From Squalus acanthias (taxonomy: Eukaryota), in the NCBI GenBank assembly GCA_030390025.1, contig JASTWF010000035.1:3534001-3598000 (forward strand): a stretch of DNA of 64,000 bases, given 5' to 3'. The translations under genes were made by a program, and so were the position numbers. The notes beneath the pieces are model-generated. The model was not told the DNA's origin. It ran no database searches and saw only the letters and a list, made by a program, of their open reading frames with translations. Below, one piece after another: positions 37,781 through 47,379 of this stretch. Every line of letters begins with the position of its first letter. Positions within the stretch are counted from its first letter, which is position 1.

Positions 37781-40732
37781 TCAGTATCCCGTCCCCGCCT
37801 TCTCTCCGTAACCCTTAACCCCTTTTGCCTGTAGAAATATATCTAATTCCCTCTTAAATATATTTAATGAGCTGGCGTACACTGCCCTCTGTGGCAATGA
37901 GTTCCACAGGTTCACCACTCTCTGAGTGAAGAAATTCCCCCTCATTTCTGTCCTAAATGGTTTAGCCCTTATCCTTAAATTATGTCCTCTAGTTCTGTTC
38001 TCACCCGCCAAGGGAAACATTCCTTCTGCATCTAATCTGTCTAGACCTGTCAGAATTTTATACACTTCTATGAGGTCCCCTCTCAATCTTCTAAACTCCA
38101 GTGTGTACATCCCTAAACTACATAGTCTCTCCTCATAGGTCAATCCCGCCATTCCTGGTATCAGCCTGGTGAATCGCCGCTGCACCCCCTCCATGGCAAG
38201 AACATCTTTCCTCAGATGAGGCGACCAAAACTGTACACAGTACTCGAGGTGTGGTCTCACCAGTGCCCTGTACAGCTGCAGCAAGGTATCCCTGTTCCTG
38301 TATTCCAACCCTTTTGCTATGAAGGCCAGCATACCGTTTGCCTTCTTGACCGCCTGTTGCACCTGCATGCTCGCCTTCAGTGACTGGTGTACAAGAACAC
38401 CCAGGTCTCTCTGTACTTCCCCCTCTCCCAATTTATTGCCATTTAAATAATAATTTGCCCTCCCGTTCCTGCACCCAAGGTGGATAACTTCGCACTTGTC
38501 CACATTATAGTGCATCTGCCATTTATCCGCCCAATCACCCAGTCTGTCCAAATCGCTCTGGAGCTTCCTGGTCTCCTCCTCTGAGCCCACCCCCCCTCTT
38601 AGTTTAGTGTCGTCTGCAAATTTGGAAATGCTGCATTCGACTCCCTGATCCAGGTCATTAATATAAATTGTGAACAGCTGGGGACCCAGGACAGATCCCT
38701 GTGGTACCCCACTTGTTACTGCCTGCCATTCAGAAAATGAGCCGTTTATTCCAACTCTCTGTTTTCTATCTGACAGCCAGTTCTCTATCCACGTCAATAC
38801 TTTCCCCTTTATCCCATGAGCTTCAATTTTCCATGCTAATCTTTTATGTGGGACCTTATCGAAGGCCTTTTGGAAGTCCAGGTACACCACATCTACTGGC
38901 TCTCCCCCATCTATTTTACCAGTTACTCCCTCAAAAAATTCCAATAGATTAGTCAAGCACGATTTACCCTTTGTAAATCCATGTTGACTCTGTCCTATCC
39001 TGTCCCCATTTGCTAAGTGCTCGGCTATTTCATCCTTAATGATGGACTCCAGCATTTTGCCCACAACTGATGTAAGGCTTACAGGTCTGTAATTACCTGC
39101 TTTTTCCCTACCCCCCTTTTTGAATAGTGGGGTAACGTTAGCTACCCTCCAATCCATGGGCACTGTTCCCGAGTCTAATGAATTCTGAAAAATCATGCTT
39201 AGTGCATCCGCTATCTCTAGGGCCACCTCCTTCAGTACCCTAGGATGCATGTTATCAGGCCCTGGGGATTTGTCCGCCTTCAATCCCTTTAGCTTCCTTA
39301 ACACCATATCCTTAGAGATATTGATTTGCGTCAGTTCCTCCTTTGCCAATGTCCCTATTTTTCCCGATATCCCAGGGAGGTTTTTTGTGTCTTCCTTCGT
39401 AAAGACTGACCCAAAGTATGCATTTAGTTGGTCTGCCATTTCCTTATTTCCCATTATATATTCCCCCGTATCTGACTGCAATGGACCAACTTTGGTTTTC
39501 ACCAGTCTTTTCCTCTTGATATACTTATAAAAGCTTTTGGAGTTAGTTTTTATATTTTCCGCCAGCTTGCTTTCGTAAGCTATTTTGCCCTTCTTGATTA
39601 AGCCCTTTGCCCTCCTTTGCTCTATCTTAAACTGTTCCCAATCTTCCGCTCTGGCGCGTTTTTTGGCTATTTTATACGCCCTATCTTTGGATTTTATGCT
39701 GTCTCTAATTTCCCCTGTTATCCACGGTTGAGTCACCTTTTTAGATTTCCTTTTATGCCAGATTGGTATAAACAATTTTTGCAATTTTGTCATTCTATCT
39801 TTAAATGCTTGCCATTGTTTATCTACCTCCAGTCCTCCCAGGAACGTTGTCCAATCAGACCTACTCAGTTCCCGTCTAATGGCATCATAATTCCCCTTGT
39901 TTAAATTCAGGACCTGAGTCTCTGAGTCAATTTCTTCGCTCTCCATTTCGAGTGAGAAATCGATCATGTTATGATCGCTCTGACCCAAGGGTCCCCGTAC
40001 AACAAGATTACTAATTAGTCCCTTCTCATTGCACAGTACCCAGTCCAATATAGCCTGTTCCCGAGTTGGTTCCTCGACATATTGATCCAGATAACCATCC
40101 CTTAAACACTCAAGGAATTCCTCCTCCTCATTATTTTTACTGATTAGGCTAGTCCAATCTATATGTAAGTTAAAGTCACCTATGATGACAGCTGTGCTCT
40201 TATTGCACGCTTCTCTAATTTCCCTCGTGATGCCCTCCCCAACCTCTATTTTACTATTTGGAGGCCTATATACCACTCCTATTAATGTTTTTCGCCCCTC
40301 GCTATTTCTTAGCTCCACCCATATAGATTCTGTATTAACTGAGTTAATATCCTTCCTTTCAATTGCATTTATCCCCTCTTTTACCAGCAATGCTACCCCT
40401 CCTCCCTTTCTTTTTTGTCGATCCTTCCTAAATACTGAATACCCCTGTATGTTAAGCTCCCAGCCCTGCTCACCCTGCAACCATGTTTCCGTAATCCCAA
40501 TTAGATCATAATTATTAACCTCTATTTCCACAGCTAATTCATCTACCTTGTTCCTGATGCTTCTCGCATTAAGGTATAAAACCCTCAGGCTTTTTTTATG
40601 CTCACATTTTTTATGAATTAGTTTGGCCCTTTGTTTTTTGTTCCTCTCCTTTTTACCATTTATTTCTGTCTGCCTTTCACTTTCCTCTATTTCACTACAT
40701 GGGTTTCTAGCCCCCTGCCATACTAGTTTAAA
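37781..40732 (-). CDS. CR1 ORF2p (APE endonuclease plus reverse transcriptase), open from the TTTAAAC overlap
   Basis: 983 sense codons without a stop: FKLVWQG...LYLNARS...ITETW...SDH...QHGF...PQGSVLGP...FADD. Confidence 0.9.
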   Translation of the reverse strand, partial: FKLVWQGARNPCSEIEESERQTEINGKKERNKKQRAKLIHKKCEHKKSLRVLYLNARSIRNKVDELAVEIEVNNYDLIGITETWLQGEQGWELNIQGYSVFRKDRQKRKGGGVALLVKEGINAIERKDINSVNTESIWVELRNSEGRKTLIGVVYRPPNSKIEVGEGITREIREACNKSTAVIIGDFNLHIDWTSLISKNNEEEEFLECLRDGYLDQYVEEPTREQAILDWVLCNEKGLISNLVVRGPLGQSDHNMIDFSLEMESEEIDSETQVLNLNKGNYDAIRRELSRSDWTTFLGGLEVDKQWQAFKDRMTKLQKLFIPIWHKRKSKKVTQPWITGEIRDSIKSKDRAYKIAKKRARAEDWEQFKIEQRRAKGLIKKGKIAYESKLAENIKTNSKSFYKYIKRKRLVKTKVGPLQSDTGEYIMGNKEMADQLNAYFGSVFTKEDTKNLPGISGKIGTLAKEELTQINISKDMVLRKLKGLKADKSPGPDNMHPRVLKEVALEIADALSMIFQNSLDSGTVPMDWRVANVTPLFKKGGREKAGNYRPVSLTSVVGKMLESIIKDEIAEHLANGDRIGQSQHGFTKGKSCLTNLLEFFEGVTGKIDGGEPVDVVYLDFQKAFDKVPHKRLAWKIEAHGIKGKVLTWIENWLSDRKQRVGINGSFSEWQAVTSGVPQGSVLGPQLFTIYINDLDQGVECSISKFADDTKLRGGVGSEEETRKLQSDLDRLGDWADKWQMHYNVDKCEVIHLGCRNGRANYYLNGNKLGEGEVQRDLGVLVHQSLKASMQVQQAVKKANGMLAFIAKGLEYRNRDTLLQLYRALVRPHLEYCVQFWSPHLRKDVLAMEGVQRRFTRLIPGMAGLTYEERLCSLGMYTLEFRRLRGDLIEVYKILTGLDRLDAEGMFPLAGENRTRGHNLRIRAKPFRTEMRGNFFTQRVVNLWNSLPQRAVYASSLNIFKRELDIFLQAKGVKGYGEKAGTGY

Positions 40733-41670
40733 TGCTCCCGAACTGCTTTATCAAAATTTACCCCGAGAACCTCAGTTCCATCTTTGCACAGGTGTAGACC
40801 GTCCCTTTTGTATAGGTCACACCTACCACAAAACTGGTCCCAATGCCTCAAAAATTTAAAACCCTCCCTCTTACACCACTGCTCAAGCCACGTATTTAGC
40901 CTAACTATCCTGTTCTCTGTACTCTTACTAGCACGTGGCACTGGTAGTAATCCAGAGATTACTACCTTCGAGGTCCTACTTTTTAGCTTGGCTCCTAACT
41001 CCCTAAATTCTACTTGTAGGACCTCTTCCCTTTTTTTAGCTACGTCGTTGGTACCAACATGTATCACGACAACTGGCTGTTCCCCCTCCCCCTCCAGAAT
41101 GTTCTGCACCCGCGCCGAGACATCCTTGACCCTTGCACCAGGGAGGCAAATTACCATCCTGGAGTCTCGGTCGCGACCACAGAAACTCCTATCTATTCCC
41201 CTTACAATCGAATCCCCTATTACTATAGCCCTGCCACTCTTTTTCCCTCCCTTCTTTGCAACAGAGCCAGTCATGGTGCCATGAGCCTGGCTGCTGGTGC
41301 CTTCCCCCGATGAGTCATCCCCCCCGACAACAGCACCTAAGGCGGTGAACCTGTTGCTGAGGGAGACAACCCCAGGGGATTCCTGCACTACCTTCCTGCC
41401 CTTGCTCTGCCTTTTGGTCACCCATGTACTATCTACTCTGGCCTTAACCTGCGGTGTGACCAACTCACTAAATGTGCTATTCACAACCCTCTCAGAATCG
41501 TGGATGCTCCAAAGTGAGTCCATCCGCAGCTCAAGGGCCGTCATGCGGTCCCACATGAGCTGCAGCTGGACACACTTCCCGCACACATGGTTGTCAGGGA
41601 CACAGGAAGCGTCCATGATTTCCCACATGTTACAGGAGGAGCATGACACAGGTCCGAGCTCTACTGCCAT
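40723..41670 (-). CDS. CR1 ORF1p (Zn finger/leucine zipper plus SGNH esterase)
   Basis: CSSC..CGKC, GDSIVRG, HVGTND and DGLH motifs; 315 aa. Confidence 0.92.
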   Translation of the reverse strand: MAVELGPVSCSSCNMWEIMDASCVPDNHVCGKCVQLQLMWDRMTALELRMDSLWSIHDSERVVNSTFSELVTPQVKARVDSTWVTKRQSKGRKVVQESPGVVSLSNRFTALGAVVGGDDSSGEGTSSQAHGTMTGSVAKKGGKKSGRAIVIGDSIVRGIDRSFCGRDRDSRMVICLPGARVKDVSARVQNILEGEGEQPVVVIHVGTNDVAKKREEVLQVEFRELGAKLKSRTSKVVISGLLPVPRASKSTENRIVRLNTWLEQWCKREGFKFLRHWDQFCGRCDLYKRDGLHLCKDGTEVLGVNFDKAVREHLN

Positions 41671-43460
41671 GACTTAACCCTTATATTACTTATTAATTTT
41701 CTAGTTTTAGTTTATTTATTGACTTTTGTTTTCCCGAAGCTTACTTAGACCAATGTATACTGTACTCCTCTTATTCCTTTTTAAACTAACCAAATCGCAC
41801 TAGTTTTAGTTGTACTTTCTAGGAAGGTTTGAGGAAAGTACTTACCAGTTAGTCTTACCTCCCTGGTCTTTCGCTGACTTCCCGGTCTTGTGTCCCCTTG
41901 GTCCTACGCCGACTTCCCGCTCCTCCCGGTTCCTGCTCTGCTGAAAAGAAACTGAGACCAAAAAATTTGTGACCTCTGTTTTTAGACTGCTAAAAGACTA
42001 CTAGGTTAGAGGAGGAGGGCGGGTGGGGGTAATATTCTGGCATGGATAGAGGATTGGCTATCTAACAGAAAGCAAAGAGTTGGGATAAATGGTTCATTCT
42101 CAGACTGGCAATCAGTAACTAGTGGTGTTCCACAGGGGTCAGTGCTGGGTCCCCAACTCTTTACAATCTATATTAACGATTTGGAGGAAGGGACCAAGTG
42201 TAACATATCAAAATTTGCAGATGATACAAAGATGGGAGGGAAAGTAGTGAGTGAGGAGGACATAAAAAACCTGCAAGGGGACATAGACAGGCTAAGTAAG
42301 TGGGCAGAGATTTGGCAGATGGAATACAACACTGGAAAGTGTGAGGTGATGCACTTTGGCAGGAAAAATCCTAGAGCAATTTATTATCTTAATGGCAAGA
42401 AACTGGAGAGTACTGAAGTGCAAAGGGATCTGGGGGTCCTGGTGCACAAAACTCAAAAGGTTAGTATGCAGGTGCAGCAAGTGATTAAGAAGGCAAATGG
42501 AATGTTGGCTTTCATTGCTAGGGGGATAGAATATAAAAATAGGGAGGTATTGCTTCAGTTGTACAAGGTATTGGTGAGACCGCACCTGGAATACTGCATA
42601 CAGTTTTGGTGTCCTTACTTAAGGAAAGACATCCTTGCTCTCGAGGCAGTGCAAAAAAGGTTCACTCGGTTAATCCCGGGGATGAGGGGGTGGTCATATG
42701 AGGAGAGGTTGGGTAGATTGGGACTCTACTCATTGGAGTTCAGAAGAATGAGAGGCGATCTTATTGAAACATATAAGATTGTGAAGGGGTTGGATCGGGT
42801 GGATGCGGGGAGGATGTTCCCGATGACGGGTGAGACTAGAACTAGGGGACATAGTCTTAGAATAAGGGGCTGCTCTTTCAAAACTGAGATGAGGAGGAAC
42901 TACTTCACTCAGAGGGTGGTAGGTCCATGGAATATGCTGCCACAAAAAGCTGTAGAAGCTACAACATTAATTAAATTTAAAACAGAAATAGACAGTTTCC
43001 TAGAAGTAAAGGGCATTAAGGGTTACGGGGAGCGGGCAGGAATTTGGACATGAGTCTAGGTTCGGATCGGTCATGGCCCTGTGGGTAGTGGAGCGGGCCC
43101 AGGGACTGTGTAGCCTGATTCTGCTCCTATTTTGTGTGTGCAATTCTGTTAGATGCAGGAGATGGTTCTGTGATAGATAGTAGATTGGCGGTTAGGATCA
43201 GATCAGCCATGATCTTATTGAATGGCGGAGCAGGCTCGAGGGGCCGATTGGCCTACTCCTGCTCCTATTTCTTATGTTCTTATGTTCTTATGCTCCTGGC
43301 ATACTCTCTACATATTGAACCAAGCTTTGTCTCCTGCATTGAGGGTGATAAAGGAATGAGGGATATGCCAGGCTCTGAGTTACAGGCTGTGCTGGTGTCC
43401 AATTGTGCTGCTGCGGATGGCCCACAGTGAATCAACAACGTGGTGTGGGACTGGAGTCAC

Positions 43461-44435
43461 CTGGTGCACACTCCGAAGCCAAACTCCAAACCATCGTCAA
43501 CACCTTCAACGAAGCGTACGAGAGCATAGGCCTTACACTAAACATCCGTAAGACAAAGGTCCTCTACCAACCTGCCCTGCCACACAGTACTGCTCCCCGA
43601 TTATCAAAATCCATGACGAGGCCTTGGACAACGTGGACCACTTTCCATACCTCGGGAGCCTACTGTCAACAAGGGCAGACGTCGATGACGAAGTCCAACA
43701 CCGCCTTCAGTGTGCCAGTGCAGCCTTCGGTCGCCTGAGGAAGAGAGTGTTTGAAGACCAGGACCTCAAACATGACACCAAGCTCATGGTCTCCAGAGCA
43801 GTAGTGATACCTGCCCTCCTGTATGCTTCAGAGACATGGACCATGTACAGCAGGCACCTCAAAGCACTGGAGAGGTACCACCAATACTGCCTCTGCAAGA
43901 TCCTGCAAATCCATTGGCAGGATAGGCGGACCAACGTTAGTGTTCTCGCTCAGGCCAACATCCCCAGCATCGAAGCTTTGACCACGCTCGATCAGCTCCG
44001 ATGGACGGGCCGCATGCCCGATACGAGACTCCCAAAACAAGCGCTCTACTCGGAGCTCCGACACAGCAAGAGAGCCCCAAGTGGGCAGAGGAAATGCTTC
44101 AAGGACACCCTCAAAGCCTGCTTGGAAAAAGTGCAACATCACCACCGACACCTGGGAATCCCTGGCCCAAGACCGCACAAAGTGGAGGAGAAGCATCCGG
44201 GAAGGCGCCGAACACCTCGAGTCTCTTCGCCGGGAGCAAGCGGAAGCGAAGCGCAAACAGCGGAAGGAGCGCACGTCAATCCAAGCACCCCACCCATCCG
44301 CCCCTTCAACCACCATCTGCCCCACCTGTGACAGAGACTGTCGGTCCCGCATTGTACTCATCAGTCACCTGAGAACTCATTTTTAATGTGGAAGCAAGTC
44401 ATCCTCGGTTCCGAGGGACTGCCTAAGAAGAAGAA
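43461..44435 (+). mobile_element. RTE-clade LINE 3' fragment
   Basis: GLTLNIRKTKV, FPYLGS, LLYASETW and RLPKQALYSEL motifs; C-terminal CPTC..HLRTH; (AAG)n tail; 37-bp TSD. Confidence 0.9.
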
Positions 44436-44486
44436 AAGTGAGAAGTCGCACAACACCAGGTTATAGTCCAACAGATTTATTTGAAA

Positions 44487-44524
44487 TCACAAGCTTTCGG
44501 AGCGGCTGCTCCTTCGTCAGGTGA
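44487..44524 (-). ncRNA. Minimal hammerhead ribozyme
   Basis: Minus strand UCAC-CUGACGA-A-GGAGC(AGCC)GCUCC-GAAA-GCUU-GUGA. Confidence 0.82.
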
Positions 44525-44885
44525 AGTGAAGAAATACATATGGGCACAGCATATATAGTCAGAGAATACTACCAGACGACTACAATTAATCTTTCTAACT
44601 GCCCTTTATCACACCTCGGCAGAGAGACAATCACGGCAATCAAAGGTGTGGATGGTGTCCCAACAGGTCAGTCAGGAAGACATTACATCAAAGACGATAG
44701 CAAAATACAACAAAGACAATGAGGTGGGGTCACAAGGGATCAAATGTGGCAGATGCTGGAGTCTGTACAAAAAACTTTAAACTTTTTACTTTTTTTGCTG
44801 GAAATCACAGCAGGTCCGGCCGCTTCTGTGTCGAGAGAACAAGCCAACGACGACTCGAGTCTGGATGACTCTACGTCAGGTGGGG

Positions 44886-46883
44886 TTACATGTAGCGTGA
44901 CATGAACCCAAGATCCCGGTTGAGGCCATCCTCATGGGTGTAGAACTTGGCTGTCAGTTTCTGCTCGACGATTTTGCGTTGTTGTGTGTCTCGAAGGCCG
45001 CCTTGGAGAACGCTTACCCGAAGATCGGAGGCTGAATGTCCTTGACTGCTGAAGTGTTCCCCGACTGGGAGGTAACACTCCTGCCTGGCGATTGTTGCGC
45101 GGTGTCCGTTCATACGTTGTCGCAGTGTCTGCATGGTCTCGCCGATGTACCATGCTCCGGGGCATCCTTTCCTGCAACGTATGAGGTAGACAACGTTGGC
45201 CGAGTCACATGAGCATGTACCATGTACCTGGTGGGTAGTGTCCTCACGTGTGATGATGGTATCTGTGTTGATGATCTGGCATGTCTTGCAGAGGTTGCCG
45301 TGGCAGGGTTGTGTGGTGTCGTGGTCGCTGTTCTCCTGAAAGCTGGGTAATTTGCTGTGAACGATGGTACTTTTGAGGTTAGGCGGCTATTTGAAGGCGA
45401 GTCGTGGAGGCGTGGGGATGGCCTTAGCGAGGTGTTCGTCGTCATCGATGACATGTTGAAGGCTGCGAAGAACATGGCATAGTTTCTCCACTCCGGGGAA
45501 GTACTGGACGATGTAGGGTACTCTGTTGGTTGTGTCCCGTGTTCGTCTTCTGAGGAGGTCTATGCGATTTTTCGCTGTGGCCCGTCGGAACTGTCGATCG
45601 ACGAGTCGAGCGTCATATCCCGTTCTTACGAGGGCGTATTTCAGCGTCCGTAGGTGTCCATTGCGTTCCTCCTCGTCTGAGCAGATCCTGTGTATTCGCA
45701 GGGCTTGTCCATAGGGGATGGCTTCTTTAACGTGGTTAGGGTGGAAGCTGGAGAAGTGGAGCATCGTGAGGTTGTCCGTGGGCTTGCGGTAGAGTGAAGT
45801 GCTGAGGTGTCCGTCTTTGATGGAGGTTCGTGTGTCCAAGAATGAAACCGATTCTGAGGAGTAGTCCATGGTGAGTTTGATGGTGGGATGGAACTTGTTG
45901 ATGTTATCGTGTAGTCTTTTCAGTGATTCTTCGCCGTGGGTCCATAGGAAGAAAATGTCGTCGATGTATCTGGTGTATAGCGTTGGCTGGAGGTCCTGTG
46001 CAGCGAAGAAGTCTTGCTCGAACTTGTGCATGAAGATGTTGGCGTATTGGGGTGCGAATTTGGTCCCCATGGCTGTTCCGTGTGTTTGGGTAAAAAACTG
46101 GTTGTCGAAGGTGAAGACAATGTGGTCAAGGATGAAGCGGATGAGTTGTGGGATGGCGTCTGGAGATTGGCTGTTGTTGGTGTTGAGTACTGAGGCTGTC
46201 GCAGCGATGCCGTCATCGTGGGGGATACTGGTGTAGAGTGCCGAGACGTCCATCGTGGCGAGGAGTGTTCCTGGTTCAACTGGTCCGTGGGTGCTGAGTT
46301 TCTGTAAGAAGTCTGTAGTGTCGCGACAGAAGCTGGGGGTTCCCTGTACAATGGGTTTCAGGATGCCCTCGACGTATCCAGAGAGGTTCTCACACAGGCT
46401 TCCGTTGCCTGATATGATAGGACGTCCGGGTGTGTTGGCTTTGTGTATCTTTGGGAGGCAGTAGAAGTCTCCCACGCGGGGAGTACGTGGGATGAGAGCG
46501 TGTAGGATGCTTTGAAGGTCTGGATCGAAGGTCTTGATCAGTCTAGTGAGTTGGCGGGTGTGTTCTTTGGTCGGATCTGCGGGTAACTGTCTGTAGTGTT
46601 CCTGGTTGTCCAGTTGTCGGTATGCTTCTTTGCAATAGTCCATTCTGTTCTGTATGACGATGGCTCCTCCTTTGTCTGCTGGTTTGATGACGATGTTGCG
46701 GTTGGTCTTGAGAGCGTGGATGGCGTTGCGTTGTGCTCGGGTAACATTCTGGACTGTCTTGTGAGTGTGGCTGATGAATCTGGCGTTGATGCATCTCCTG
46801 ACAGCTTGAGCATACATGTCAAGCTTAGGGCAGCGACCCTCCAGAGGGGTCCAATTTGACTCTTTCTTCTTCGGTTGCTGCAC
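44886..46883 (-). pseudogene. Penelope RT/GIY-YIG ORF with one in-frame stop at 45387-45389
   Basis: ORFs 45387-46883 and 44886-45134 are in the same frame. Confidence 0.85.
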
Positions 46884-46942
46884 TGCGGGTCCCTCTGTCT
46901 GCTGTTCCGGATAATTGATTGTCTCATGTTAAGAAGAAGAAG

Positions 46943-47205
46943 ACAGTGAATCAACAACGTGGTGAGGGACTGGAGTCACTTGTAGGCCAGAGTGTGTAGG
47001 GGCGGCAGGTTCCCATCTCTGAAGGACATTAGTAATCCAGTTGGGTTTTTACAACAATCCGGAGCTTCCATGGTTGTTATTCTGGTACTTTACCACAAAT
47101 TACAGGATTTATTGAATTCCATTGCACAACTTGCCATGTTAGGATTTGAACTCACTTTCTCTGGGTTGCTAGTCCAGTAACATAACCACTCTGCTACCGT
47201 ACTCA
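46943..47205 (-). mobile_element. tRNA-derived SINE (host of the RTE)
   Basis: Minus-strand A-box TAGCAGAGTGG and B-box GAGTTCAAATCC; body homologous to 28614-28912. Confidence 0.78.
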
Positions 47206-47299
47206 TAAATGCCATATTAATGTTGGAATTTTTTGAAAATGGTTCTGATTGTTGGACTTTTGCTTTAATTTTCACATTCAATTCCTTCTTGTTGTCCAG

Positions 47300-47379
47300 G
47301 GTGAAAGACACACGACCCCAGCTGGAGTTTCCCGAGGGAATGTGCCTGCGTCTGAGCAACAGTCATTACCAAATGTCAG
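47300..47379 (+). CDS. FBXO41: FBXO41 coding exon 3 (80 nt, GERHTTPAGVSRGNVPASEQQSLPNV)
   Basis: TTCCTTCTTGTTGTCCAG acceptor and CAG|GTATGG donor; phase 0 in and phase 2 out exactly bridges exons 2 and 4; lies in a rare non-repeat island; protein similarity to the mammalian exon is weak. Confidence 0.75.

Larger units (their letters stand above)
37690..42023 (-). mobile_element. Full-length, apparently intact CR1 LINE
   Basis: About 350-nt 5' UTR, open ORF1, open ORF2, HER1-type 3' UTR and CTATGTAT tail. Confidence 0.95.
37565..43290 (+). mobile_element. CR1 3' half, same subfamily as 29294-34510, split by the intact CR1 at 37690-42023
   Basis: KNHG|IGGNILAW continuity; ORF 42142-43053 is nearly identical to ORF 29520-30431. 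Confidence 0.9.
44436..46929 (-). mobile_element. Penelope-like element (RT plus GIY-YIG) inserted into the RTE tail
   Basis: IKPADKGG, PKIHK, GRPI, GTAMG and RYIDD motifs; VVYLIRC..YIGET; TSD TAAGAAGAAGAA. Confidence 0.93.

Noticed and set aside
40707..40721. ATG right after the ORF1 stop as a reinitiation start for ORF2
   Set aside because: It is in a different frame from ORF2 and ends after four codons (ATG GCA GGG GGC TAG)
37926..41677. Numerous antisense ORFs over CR1, Penelope and RTE elements
   Set aside because: Shadow frames of TE coding sequence with no independent motifs
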